Of a DNA stretch of 64,000 bases, positions 37,440 through 50,004 are shown in pieces. Source of the stretch: Monocercomonoides exilis PA203 (lineage: Eukaryota > Protista > Preaxostyla); the NCBI GenBank assembly GCA_001643675.2, contig LSRY02000031.1:310001-374000 (forward strand), given 5' to 3'. The translations under genes were made by a program, and so were the position numbers. Below the pieces are notes generated by a model that did not search any database, was not told where the DNA came from, and was given only the letters and a program-made list of their open reading frames with translations. Position 1 is the stretch's first letter. Every line of letters begins with the position of its first letter.

Positions 37440-38630
37440 CTTTCTGCTTTTGTTCTTTATTTTTCTTAAAAATAAACTTCATGTCTCCAACAACTTTCTC
37501 TTCTTCCTCCTCCTCTTTTTCCTTCTCCAAATCAATCGAACTACCCTCTATCCCCGACTCCTCAAACATTGCCAAATCATTCTTCGACATTTGCATCTGT
37601 TCAACATCTTTCACCGCTCCATCTGAACTTTCATCGAAAGTTATGCCCAAAGACCCGTCTGCTGCTTCTTCTTCTGCTCTTGAAATCTCCTGTTGAATGC
37701 AATAGGCTGACAAAGAACTGCACACTTCTGGTTCCACAGAATGCTGCTTGTTTACACCCACCTCAGCCTTTTCCTTCACAAACCTCAGCCCACTCAGCCC
37801 AAGCGCCTCCACAACAAGAGGTGCTATCACTTCTTCCAGCTTTTCCTGATTCTCTTTGTTTCTCTCCACAAATTCTCTGTGCGCTGTCGGAAACCCGCCT
37901 TTCTCCTCATTCCCATCACTTCCTTCTACCCATCCATCTTCTTTTCACTCTTCTTCTCCCCTTTGCCTCCATCTTTGCCTCCCCTTTCTCCTTCCTCTAC
38001 CTCTTCCCGCTCTTCCAGCACAGCCAGCGCAATCGATACTTGTGACAGAACCACATCCTCCATCCCCAGCCACGCCTCTGACAGCTCCTTCGAATCAATC
38101 TCCCCAACTTCACATCCGCACACCTCGACTGCGGCGATCGCAATATCTGCAGCGAAGGAACAAACAGATCGTTGATCGACGGGAACGCATTCACATCAGC
38201 CGCAGCAAAGATCCGCTTTCTCCCCGACTTCATGCCCACCGACGCTGCAAGCGACGGAAACTGCGCCACCAGCGGAACCGAAAGCATCACCGAAAGCCCC
38301 ACATCGTATGCCCACGCAACAACCCCATACAGCACCGCCCTCGAGCCACAACATATCCCCACATCATCTGCAGCTCTCGCAGCGACAGCAGCTGCTGCAG
38401 CGACAGAGGCATGTTCCGCCCATACACCCCAGCTGCCTCAGGCTACACAATCCGCAGCAGCCTCTCGATGTTATCCATCTCTGATTCCGACGTATATGAC
38501 ACTGCCACCACCGACGCATCCGAAGGGTTAATCACAAGCTCCGATAATAATGGCTGCTCATTCTCTGAAGATTTCTTCTCTTCTCTTCTCGGCCTCCAGA
38601 ATGGCGAAGTTGATCGGAGCGCTGCTCCAG
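37440..38630 (-). pseudogene. P2 cargo 2: homologue of P1 cargo 2
   Basis: RKRIFAAADVNAFPSINDLF and ERNKENQEKLEEVIAPLVVEALGLSGLRFVKE, with frameshifts. Confidence 0.55.
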
Positions 38631-41164
38631 TTGAAGAAGAGGAAGGAGACGAAGAAAAAGAAGGTGCTGAGCGAAGAGACTACTGCTGAGCTGCCCTGGA
38701 CACAAGAGGCTTTTTCAGATGCCCCAACACGTCTGATGGCAGCTCCAATGGATCCACAAACACCACATCCACATTCGGATCAGAAAGATCAACCAACTGG
38801 GAATGCTCTCCGTTCTCGAGCAATGGGAACAGATGGAAAAGAATTTCTTCAGCTGAAAAGTTGAAACGAGAAGATAAAGAAGCTGTGATAATAATGAAGG
38901 AATTATCGTTCTGGTCTAGAATCAGATGAATAAAATGAGGGGCAGATTAAAAGATCAATTCAGAAATGGAGGATGCAGTAATTGCTGTTATCTGCTCATT
39001 CTGTTGATTCAAACAAAAATCCCACAGAAGCTATGAGGCATCAGACAGATTCCACAAAATGCTTGCTGTGTCATCCTCAAAAGATGAAGTCTGCAAAGCT
39101 CCAATTTTAGATGAAAAACAGGTTCGCAAGCTTTAAGTTGGTTTTCTTGCTTGTCTTCATTTTCCATTTGCTCAAATACTCGTTATCATTTTCAGAATAA
39201 AACATCATTGCCAAGATAGGTTGCTTTGCTTCCTTTTCATTTCTCTTGTTATCTCTGACGCAGACACAAAAATCGAAGAAATCCAATCAGACGAAGTGAA
39301 TGATGAAGCAGTCGAAGAATTTGTGTGATTAGGCTTCAATTCATTGAAGAAAAAGTCGACAAACGAGTTGAATGAGTCGAGTAGCTATTGATTGTGAAGA
39401 TGAATTAAAAAAAAATTACCAGTGAAATTCAATGGAATCCTTTTCTTCATGCTTGTGTCTTTTGCTTATGTGACTTTATTCTTTGGAACAGTAACCAGTG
39501 AATCCTTCAAACGTTCGGAGTGCCTTTTTTCCTCTTGCCAACAAAAATAAAAAACATATGACAATTCATTTCTGTTTCTTCCTTTCCTCGTTTTCCTCTT
39601 TCATTTCCTTTGCTTCAATCAAAGCATCTTTCAACTTTAACAATTCATCATCAAGATCAAATGACATGTGTTTTGTGCTATCTTGCAGAACTCTCAATCT
39701 TTGGACATCCCCTTTTTTCATCTGACCTTCTTTCATTTATAAATTATTTCTTCGCTTTTCTTCACATTGGAGCAATCGGATTTGTTTTTCCTCAAAATTA
39801 TTCTGTGTAACTCCGTCTGCGTCTCGACATTTACGCTTCACATTTTCTTTTCATCAACCTGTATTAAAAAAAGAATATGCAAATGATGTATTTCAATAAA
39901 TTCAACATAATTCAATCAAGAAAACCTTCATTACAACATAAAAATAAATGTTTTCATTCGAGCATTCACATTTAAAGATAATACTTCATCACTGCTCAAT
40001 AAATACGAACTTGAACTCTTGAACATTATTTCTCCTTCCATCAACTATTTACGTATAAAAGTTATGTCTTCTGCTTTAAAAGAAATTGTTAACTCCATAT
40101 ATTACGCTTGCATAATGATCTATTGTCTTGTAAGCCAAATATCGAATATCTGTAATTTCAAATTTCCATATTTTTTTAATTTTTGTTTTCAACAATTTCA
40201 CTTTATCAGAGAAACGTTATAATTTGTTTTTGATTAATGTTTTTATAATGTTTGCATATTTGGAATTTCCTTTTAATGCATTAAAACCAATGTGTAAATT
40301 TTTAAGACTTTCAAAAAAAAGAACTCATCTTTTCACTTTTTCACAAGAGTGAAAAACACATAAAAATAATTTTTATCGAACATTTAAATTTCACTGTTCA
40401 TTATTCTGTTCTTTATGAAATTATAATAAAACTGAAACTTAAATGAAGTTGGGAATCCTTGAATGAAGTGAGTTTATTTGAATAAAGTACGTCTAATTCA
40501 AATAAACTTATATTTAATTCGAATAAAATGAAGTTATTCGAATTGAAATTTCTTATTCAAATTTCATCTAGTGAGTTTATTTGAATAAAGTGTGTCTTAT
40601 TCAAATAAAGTTATATTTTTTTCGAATAAAATGGAGTTATTTAAATTGAAATTTCTTATTTGAATTTCATCTATTCTATCACTAAAAATCTGAAAAAAAA
40701 CGAGTTTCTGAATGTTACTTAAAGTTGTGATTAACTCATTTAATTCAAAATCATAAGTGGAATTAAAAAATAAGAAAGTCAATTCAAATAAACTGGGGTA
40801 TTATTTAATAACCCCTTCAATTTTAAATTAAATATTCAATTTGAACTGGGGGATCCAATTTGCACCGTATCTTATGAATACACAACAAAATAGTTAAAGT
40901 ATCAAAATCAAAAACAAACAAAAAACCTATATCTGCAATATATATTGGAATTGTAACAAAATGAGCAATTCCATAAAATTAAATCATTCATTATAATGAA
41001 AGATAGAAAAAATAAAAAGCATCAAATCTTTCGTCAAACGCTTAAAAAATTATTGAAAATCAATAATGTACAAGTTTGACGAAATATTGGCAAATAAAAC
41101 CCTTGAAAATAAAAAAAGAAATACTCCTTTATAACTTCTCTCTCTTTCTTTTTCCATCTCATCT

Positions 41165-44005
41165 TTATCTTCTCCCTTTTTTGCTCTTGGGTTGTTGGTG
41201 TGCATTTTTGCCCTTGCGATTCGACCTATCATCCTCTGATGAGTCGCTACTGCTTACAGTAGATTCGCTATCACTATCTGAAGATTCACTATCAACGTCT
41301 GTCTTTTTAGCCCTCTTCGGTGGTGGAGGAGGGACATGAACAGAATTAGCAGCAGGCGCACTAATCTCAGCCTCGAACTGCTCTTTTCCATCCGACAATG
41401 GTTGCATTTGAGGCGCTTCTGGCATTGGCTGCATTGGCACTACGTTTCCAGCCATTGGCGGTTGAGTATATGGTTGCTGAGGGCAATACTGTTGAGGGTA
41501 TGGCTGTTGCGGTGGCTGGGCATAAGGCTGTTGGGGATACGGTTGTTGAAGATAACACTGCTGAGGGTATGGCTGCTGCGGTGGCTGGGCATATGGCTGC
41601 TGGGGATATGGTTGTTGAGAATATGGTTGTTGTGGATATGGCTGTTGCGGAGGTGGTACATACGGTTGTTGCTGAATCTGAGCAGGAAGTGAATTAGGCG
41701 TGGCAGCTTCTGTATTTCCCTCGTTTTTAACAGGCACGCTCCAATAGCTCATGTCGAACGATTCGTCTTTCTCTTTGTATTTCAATGCCTTTTCATATCC
41801 CTTTCTTGCTGCCTCGTCCATGTGCTTCAACAGCTTTTTGCTTCCAAACTTCTCCCATGTTGGTGTTGTAATAGCCATTTCCTCGTCCAGAAGGAAGCTA
41901 ATGAACATCGACGTAATGGCAAACGTGTATGTGTCAAATATCGTGCTCACCACAAACACAATCACAAAAAGTCCAATCACCACGTTCAAGATCCACCCAA
42001 GCTCTGTGTACTTTCCTGTAGCAATGGCATATTCCTGAGTCATTAACCCAAACCACATCGGACGCGCCATCAGAAACAGAATAAACAGACTCAAAAGAAC
42101 TATAAGCGTCTCTGCAATGCCCATCACGAGCGGAATAACAGAATTGAGGACAGCTGATCTGAAGATGTTTCTGATCATTAGCAAAATTGTCTGCTTCCCT
42201 GTTTCGAAAAAGGGGGTTCCTTTGATCGAGATGATGACATAAGCCTGCGAGTTGACGTACTCAAGGAACTGCATAATGCAACTGAGAATGCAGTCAATCA
42301 AACAGCATATTATAACCAGCGGAGACCCGCCCTGTCTGCATATGCTGGCTGCCTGCTCCTGCAACATCTTCAGGATCGTGACAAGCGCAATCAATCCCGA
42401 TCCAAAAGCCACGCTGCCTGTACCGTAGCGAATTGTGCGCCAGAATGCTTTAAATGTTTCGAAGCAAGTGACTTTAGCTTTGTCTCTGGTAAAGTACCAA
42501 GTTGCAATAGTTCCTCCGATTGTCATTTCGTTTATTCCAGACAAAAAAGATGCCATCCAAATAAATCCGAAAAGAGAGAAGATATACCAAAGAGCAGAGT
42601 AGCCAGGAACGTCAATAAAAGGAACTCCATTTACGGTTTTGACTGGATAGCTAGTCACAAGGCACAAAATGCCAAGCACAAACAAAAAAGATACCCCAAA
42701 CGTTAGTATTGAAACAAAAGTGGTTATGATCGGCAGTAGAGGGTTTGTCCGAATCGCATAAGATGTTTCCGCAGTCAGACGCGCAGCAAGTTCAATACGT
42801 TCACGAGCACAGTACATGCAGCACGAACAGCAACACATCACCAACAAAACGATAGCACCTACACCAATCAAGACAAAACCTATAATAGTCCCAATATTTG
42901 GCTGATTTTTATTTGTTTTACTTGTGCTATTGTTTTTAGTGTTATTGTTGTAGTACGGATCATAATAAGGATCATAATACGGATCATAATACGGATCATA
43001 ATACGGAGAACTGACGCGTTGCGCAACTTCATGCTCAGGTTTTGTGTCGTTCATTCTCCGAGGGATCGAGTACACATGAACCGAAGGAAGAGATAACAGG
43101 CTTGCTCCGTTGTTTTTGTAAATCACTACTGGAAGAATTTGGGAAGAACCTGAAAAATCTTCAGCTGATTTTGTTTTGTTGTTGTTAGAATTGTCCGTTG
43201 CAGAATCCATTGCCCCAATTGAAAACATAACTCCAACGATGAAAATTGCAAGACCTACAACTGCAACAGCAACAACTGATCCAATAAGGCAACACCAAAC
43301 CATTCCTCGTGCACAACATGCCATAAATGCGATCCAGATCGCGCAAAGGGCAATTGCTATGAATGCTATTGCAACTATCATCCATATACCACTTATAAAG
43401 CTTCCCATAAAGCTATTGACAAATTCTGTAACTGTTTCTTTTGATTCTTTCGCAATACACACTTTATTCATTGGAGAATAATCGTATGAAACGTAATAGC
43501 ACCCTTTTCTTCCGCATTCGCTTGAATTTAGAGAGCTTGGATTTTCTCCCTTGCACATGCATCGTTCATTATTCGAGGGGCAAGACTTAACACACCACTG
43601 TTCGGATCGATACGCGAATAAGAATGTATTTTTCCGTTGATCGCTGACATTTGTCTTCACTCCACAATAAACTCCCCTAAATGAATTGTCGCATGTTATT
43701 AAATCTGTGAAAATGTTCAAAAAATAATAATTAACAAACTCTGATGCCTGTGGATTTAGAAACATATACAACTTTGCAGCCGCACATGAATATATGAATA
43801 GAATGACCCAAAGCAATACAACAACTCCAAAAGCAATCAAGCAATATATGTCATTGCATTTTTTGTGATTAGCAGGAATGTCAACTTTTCCATTTGTTTC
43901 AACCAAGGAATTTTCTTTTTCTCCAAACTCTGTTTAATTAAACAATAATTAATGATAAAAAATCTTTTATCACATACCTTTAAAAATTGTGGCAACAGCA
44001 AACAT
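41165..44005 (-). CDS. Choline transporter-like protein (CTL/SLC44/Pns1 family)
   Basis: 913-aa ORF with KCNDIYCLIAF, many TM helices, GSVAFGSGLIALV and CCLIDCILSC...YVNSQAYVIISIKGTPF. Probable short first exon MFAVATIFK (ATG at 44005) joined by a GT-AG intron (~43933-43977). Confidence 0.9.
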
Positions 44006-44843
44006 AACAAATCAGCACACTTTCGAAAAGAAATATTGAATAATATAATGGATCAAATAATAAATAAGTGGATCTGAAACAATTTGGTTTCTTTTCAAGG
44101 CATTTGGGCAAGAGGGTACATAGCGACCGGTATAAAATCTGTCTCAAAGAAGAACTATTAACCTTGAAAAACCCATTAACGGATGTGAAAATTCACAAAT
44201 AGGAGAAACATTCGATAAAAAACTGAAAATTTTTTGTATTTAAAAGCAGTTGTTATTAAAAATTAATGATCAAACCCCTAAGATAAATGAGAGAAATATT
44301 TTTTATTTGGTTTTTATTGGGAAATAAAGATTTCTTCTTTGACAATGTGTTTATGAGGGATATGTTTAACTTAAACTTTTAAGTTAATCAACTAATTTAA
44401 GTTTTTTTTATTTTAAGTGGGGAAGTTTTTAAAATATATATTTCTGTTGGATTTTAAAAATAGGTTTTCTCAGCTTTGAATCATTGTAATTCGAAAACCA
44501 CTTTAAAAATATCACAATTGCTTTCATTAGTTATGGACCAAATAAATAAAAACATATTAATCGAATTTTTTTCCGGTCGTTATCTACCAACTTACTGGTA
44601 TTTGCCTAAGCTTATCCTTATAAGCTTCATAAAATGTGCAATAGTCGATTAGGCTCACACCCAAAAATACACAAATTTATGGATTTCTTTTTGATAGAAA
44701 TCACAAACTAATAATAAAAAAAGTGTTAAACAGTAATTGAGTTCCGAAATAATGGTTTGTTGTAAACCTGTGTGACGCACAGTAATTTTCGTTGTTACGT
44801 CCATGAGAGATTTTTGTTCACTTCAGTTTTTTTTTTCTTTTTC

Positions 44844-44876
<33 letters not shown>

Positions 44877-45599
44877 TTTTTTGGAAAGCTTGTTTTATTA
44901 AGTTCATACATAAATTCATTAATATGTATTCTTTGCATATTATTTTACAAAAAATTTTAACGTTGAACATATGGGACGAAATTTTATGCTTAATGAATTT
45001 CGTTTTATTCAAAAGATGAATTGTGAATAGAACTTTTCTATTTGAATAAATTCAACTTATTTGAATGAACTGAGTTATTTTAAAAAATGAAGTAATGCTA
45101 TTTCAAATGGTTGATTTGACACTTGAATAAAGTGCGATTCACTTAAATAATGTTTTTTTAAAAAATAAAAGAGCACTAATTATATCATTTTTACGTTTTA
45201 TCTTTCACTTTATCAACAAAAAAACTGAAAAATTCAAATTAATTATGATTTCTCAATATTCTCAAACAAAATTAGAGATGTGTTAAAAGAAGGTTTTATT
45301 TGATAGAAATAACGTGAAATGAATGAAAAAATAATTATGTTCTCATTCTTATGTCCTGTTTTTTCTCTTTAACGAAAAATGTGATCATCAAATAATTTGT
45401 TATCAAAAATAAAAATTAGCTTCCATTGATGTTCATGGAGCGATTTGTCACTTATATTTTCGATACTGCTGAAGTGCGAAGCTGAATTCATGGGTCGATG
45501 CAGCTTTCGATATCAACTTTCTATTTTTACGACTTATGAATCAATTATTTCATCAGATTTTTTTTTTAAAGCTACATTAAATACTTCTTTAATGAATCA

Positions 45600-46390
45600 A
45601 CATCTGCTTTCATCCACTGAGCGTCAGAAGAAATCTCCATCTTCACCATCCCAAACTCCTTAGGATCCTTTCTGCTGTTATCATTCGCAATATCTTTCTA
45701 ATCTTCGGCTTCATTCTTTTCCTTCTTCCTCAAACAGCCAGAACAACAATGACTACAAGCAGTGATACAACAACCTCAATGCAAACAATCAACGACAAAT
45801 ACGATTTCCCTTCTTTTCCTCCTTCAACAAGTTTTCCTTTTCCATTTGTTTTTAATTCGCTCTTGTTCTTCAGAATATAAGAATCAGTTGATGAATGCTT
45901 ATTGTTATTTTCAAACATATCATCATCACAGGCACCTCCGTTTCATCTTTGATCGACGAAAGATTTTTCGAATGTGCTGTTTAAAATGCTTCAGTTTCAC
46001 TGACAAATCCATCTTCTACAAAATTACATATCTCAATCAGGTCTGAATCTCCAGATGACAAAATCAGTCGGAATGACGAATCACATGGAAGAAGAAGCGC
46101 TCCCTTGTATTATATTTCAATCCCACCTCCATTTTCATTGGCTAAAGCCTCTTCCAGCTTGAGAATGAAGAAAGATGATTCCCTTTTTCTCACCATTTAT
46201 TCCAGGCTGCATCCATCATCCAGAATACACAGCGAAGAATTATCTTTCACCCCATCCCCTCCCTTCAAGCTCGAAATTATCAGCAAAGCAGAATCCAAAC
46301 AGATGATAATATCCTGAGTGAAAAATATAAAGAAAAAATGGATTGTTGTCAAAGAATCATCCTTTTTCAATCGTCACATTTCCAGTCAAG
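45600..46390 (-). pseudogene. Captured receptor juxtamembrane/TM fragment inside T2
   Basis: SSTDSYILKNKSELKTNGKGKLVEGGKEGKSYLSLIVCIEVVVSLLVVIVVLAV*, with the same stop after the TM as in the T1 cargo. Confidence 0.88.
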
Positions 46391-47579
46391 ATCAACAATT
46401 CACAAATGAAGAATTAGAAATTGAAGCTCATTTATCATTATTGTTGAATTTTTTTAATGGACAAGCGAATTATTTTGCACAAACAAATCTTCTAATCTTT
46501 AAGCTTCATATTGTAACTAAAGGGAAGTGAAGAAATGAACACTTCCAACAAACAGATTTGTTCACACTCCTAAATAGAGGCAGAGCAATATCAAAAAAGC
46601 TATTTTCATTTTTGGATATCAACAACAACCAGAGAATGAGCAGTTATTCACAAAAATCTGTGCATCCAGAGGGATCAGCTACACTGTTTTAGGAGCATTC
46701 GAATGAACAGAAATGTTGCTGCACAAAATTACTGACAGCTTCATCTCTCTTCTCATTTCATTGTCAGCTCACATCCTTCTTCTCATCATATCTTCTCTGA
46801 CAAAAGTTTTCTAAGTTCTGATCTCCAAAAACGGAACCTCATGAATCACACATCATTTTGAGGCCTGTGAGAAATTGAAGCAAATGATACTACAATTTCA
46901 CATGATTTGCATTGAACATTTTCACCCATCCGAATTCATCGACTTTTTCCAATTAAAAGCTGATTCTTGAAATGGAATTTTGGAACTTTGTTATTTCACC
47001 TTCTCCTTTGCAGCACATGAAGATGACCAGGAGCCTGTGAAAATATCCATTTCTTATAGAAAAAAAGGATATAAGAGGAAAAAGAATGTGAAAAAACAAT
47101 ATAATTTCGAATAAGCCTCTGAAAGTTTTGATACAATTGAATAGATATTAACTCACAAGGAAAACAATCTATGTTTTTCACATTTGAGTATTGCTTTATT
47201 CGTAAAAAAACTGATATACGTTACGAATAATTAGAAATTTCGTTCAACGTGTTTTAAACATTTTTGAACATTCGATTTTCTGGATGCACCTCAATTATAA
47301 TTTACTAATTTTTTTTATTTTCAATTTGTCAGAAATGAATGAGTCTGGTGAGCTAAACTCAATCAACTTTTCAAAAGCAGAATTTGTTTAACTTTTGTTT
47401 AACTTTTTGTTTAACTGATCATCCTTTTTCGGAGAGTCTCTCAATAAGATATCTTTTCAAGAACATTTTAACAAATATGGATGATGAATATCGATAAAAA
47501 TGTTCAGTGGACAAGTTCGAATCATTGTTTTGTGTTTATGTTTCATTTTCCACATAATTTTGAAAAATCTAATCTATAT

Positions 47580-47834
47580 GGGAGATTATTTTCGAAATCA
47601 TAACTTTTTTCGGGGTGTCGATTTTTCAAACGTTGTTTGTCTTTTGGAAAAGATAATGTCTTCAATTTGTGTATTTGTCACAACTGTTTAATATACAAAT
47701 GTTTGAGTTCAAATAAAGATGTCATTGTTTTTTTAAAGCCTTTTCACTTTTCAGTATTCTTTTGTTGATATTCAAGAGATATTTTTCAGCCGAAATTTTT
47801 GACAGAAAAAATATGATTTCAAAAATAACAACCC
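47580..47834. mobile_element. 255-bp GGG...CCC MITE (Sola-like, 4-bp TSD ATAT) inserted 10 bp upstream of the T2 transposase ATG
   Basis: ATAT|GGGAGATTATTTTCGAAATCATA ... TATGATTTCAAAAATAACAACCC|ATAT. It is absent at the equivalent T1 site (~23595-23610). Confidence 0.85.
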
Positions 47835-47844
47835 ATATCGAATA

Positions 47845-50004
47845 ATGTCATTATTGTCTGGCACAAGCTCCATTTCTTTCTTTGAAATTCAAAGAGATGA
47901 TGAAGATTCACACATTGGATAGTTTTCATTTTGTATTTTTCGTTTTGTCGACATTTGAACTAAAATTTGCAGAGAAAAGAATATTAAATGCCCATCGTTT
48001 GATCAAAACGATTTTGAACCAATGGCACACTTGAAAAACAAAACCTGTGAAAGACTTTCCCAAAATGAAGATAATTCATCCTATCAACAAACTGTTCTAT
48101 CCACATCAAAAGTTTCAAATGCTGCCAATCAAACAACACCATTTGTTTACATCGAAACAAAAGATCATTTGAATCCAAAAATTCAAAAAACTGCATATAG
48201 TCCCTCTATATAAGAGTCTCCTTCAAAATATATTTTGAATTCAATAAAAATCAAAGAGAAAAGATACAAAAAATTAAGCAATCTGTTAATCTGCGGAATG
48301 AAAAGCCGAAGCGGAAACAGCCGGATTTTGACGAACTGCAGGATAGGAAAACAAAACAAATGGAAAAAATAGAAAAGATTGATATTAATAAAGATGTAGA
48401 GAAAAAAGAAGAATCAATAGGATTAATCACCTGTTTTTATCTTCGTTTCACCAATGATGAGCATTTGCATTTTCCGAAAACAACAGTTGTTGAACTTGGA
48501 AATTTGATAAAAACCATCGTGAACTGCTCACATAAAAAAGGGCCTTTATAAACCTTTTCACCACATGATAAGCTTTTAGTGTATCTTGAGTGGCTGTCCA
48601 ACAGAACGACTTTGGAGAGGATTTCCTCTTTAATAGGTATATCTCAATCAATGGCAGGCAATTGTTTGACTGATGTGCTTCCTGCATTTCTTTCTACGTT
48701 GAATGAAATTCCTTCCACTCCATCTAGGCCCACAATAATTCCCAATGAAGAAGTTCCTGATGAAGCTTTATTGGTCGATGTCACAACAATAAAAAAACCG
48801 TATTTTATTTCTTCGATATTCACAGAAGGGAAGAAACTGTTTGATGCTCATCATTCAGTTCACTGCATCAAAATAGAAGTGGCAGTTTCATCTTGGAAAC
48901 ATCACAAGGCCTTATTTGTTTCTGACGCAATAAAAGGAAGAAAGCAGGATGTTTTCCAGTTGAGAAAAGGAATGAAGAGATTTGAGGAATATTTGAAAAA
49001 AACTGATGAAGAAAGAATAAGGAATTATCAAGATTCAAGGAATGGCAGCTGGACGATCATGGGAGACAAAGGATATCAAGGACATTTCCCAAACACTCGA
49101 ATGAATTCTTCCATAAAAAAAATGTTTTTTCCAAGAATAGACTTCCGTAAAATTTTCATCAGAATTAGCCAAACTTTCTTCACCTCTTTTATCTTGTCCT
49201 TCCTTCCCTTCTTTCACTTCTCCACAACAACTCCCTCCACTCCCTGCACCTCCTCAGCTTCCTCTTATTCCTCAAACAGAATCATGTTCCACTTTTCCTG
49301 AATGCTCCCAAGCTTTAACCCAACTTCCTTCTGATTGTTTTCCTGAAACAATGAAATCATCATCGTAAGCCTTGTCACACCTTTCATTCGTTGATTCTTT
49401 TTTTTCATCATTAGCAAAAAACGCATCTTCACCATCGAATGAATCATCCAGCTCCATGTTTGACAAATACACTGAACAAGAATTGGATTTTCTGAGTATT
49501 GATGAATTCAACAAAAGCATTGCTTGATGCCGTATTCCTGTTGAATGGTTTTTCGGATGGATAAAAATGCAGCGGCTCAGACTTTTTGATAGCTTCTCAG
49601 GAGGCAGAGAAAACGTTGGAACAGATGCAAAAATAGAATGTTGGTTGACAAATTTGGTTATTGATTGTCACAGACTGGAAGATGATGATGGAAAGTTTGT
49701 AAGAAAACAGAAGCGTTTGAGTGTTATAAAGAGAAACAAGAAAAGAAAATAAGAGATATTAATACACGTGCAAACACAGAAAGAAATGCTATTCGAAAAA
49801 CTTCATTTATGTGACAATTTTTTATCACTGACTTTTGAAATATTTTTTAAACAAACGAAAATGCAGGAGCACAATTTTCAGATCATATTTGAATGTACGA
49901 CAATTGCATTTTTGTGTCAATTTAAACAAATGAATGAATATTTCCTTAATTTTTTGATGAGATTCATTTTTCTATTGCTCAATTTCTATGCCTCAAAAGA
50001 TTAA
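47845..50004 (+). pseudogene. Disrupted copy of the T1 transposase
   Basis: Starts MSLLSGTSSISFF; contains LLVDVTTI, IMGDKGYQG and RIPVEWFFG; broken into several ORFs by stops and frameshifts. Confidence 0.9.

Larger units (their letters stand above)
35765..40569. mobile_element. Element P2: 4.8 kb relative of P1 inserted in the same orientation into the right subterminal region of P1
   Basis: Ends AGATGAAATTTGAATAA ... TTATTCAAATTTCATCT. TSD AGT at 35762-35764 and 40570-40572. Excision restores AATGAAGTGAGTTTATTTG, as seen in the equivalent region of P2 (~40462-40480). Confidence 0.88.
31297..40672. mobile_element. Element P1: non-autonomous Pack-type member of the AGATGAA family (~4.6 kb of its own sequence), containing nested P2
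   Basis: Ends AGATGAAATTTGAATAA ... TTATTTGAATTTCATCT. TSD ATT at 31294-31296 and 40673-40675. No transposase; the interior consists of gene fragments. Confidence 0.85.

Noticed and set aside
31297-40672. Simple tandem segmental duplication
   Set aside because: The doubled right end and TSDs show nested transposition instead.
40795-40815. Small GGGGT...ACCCC hairpin as a Helitron end or terminator
   Set aside because: No CTRR end and no second copy seen.
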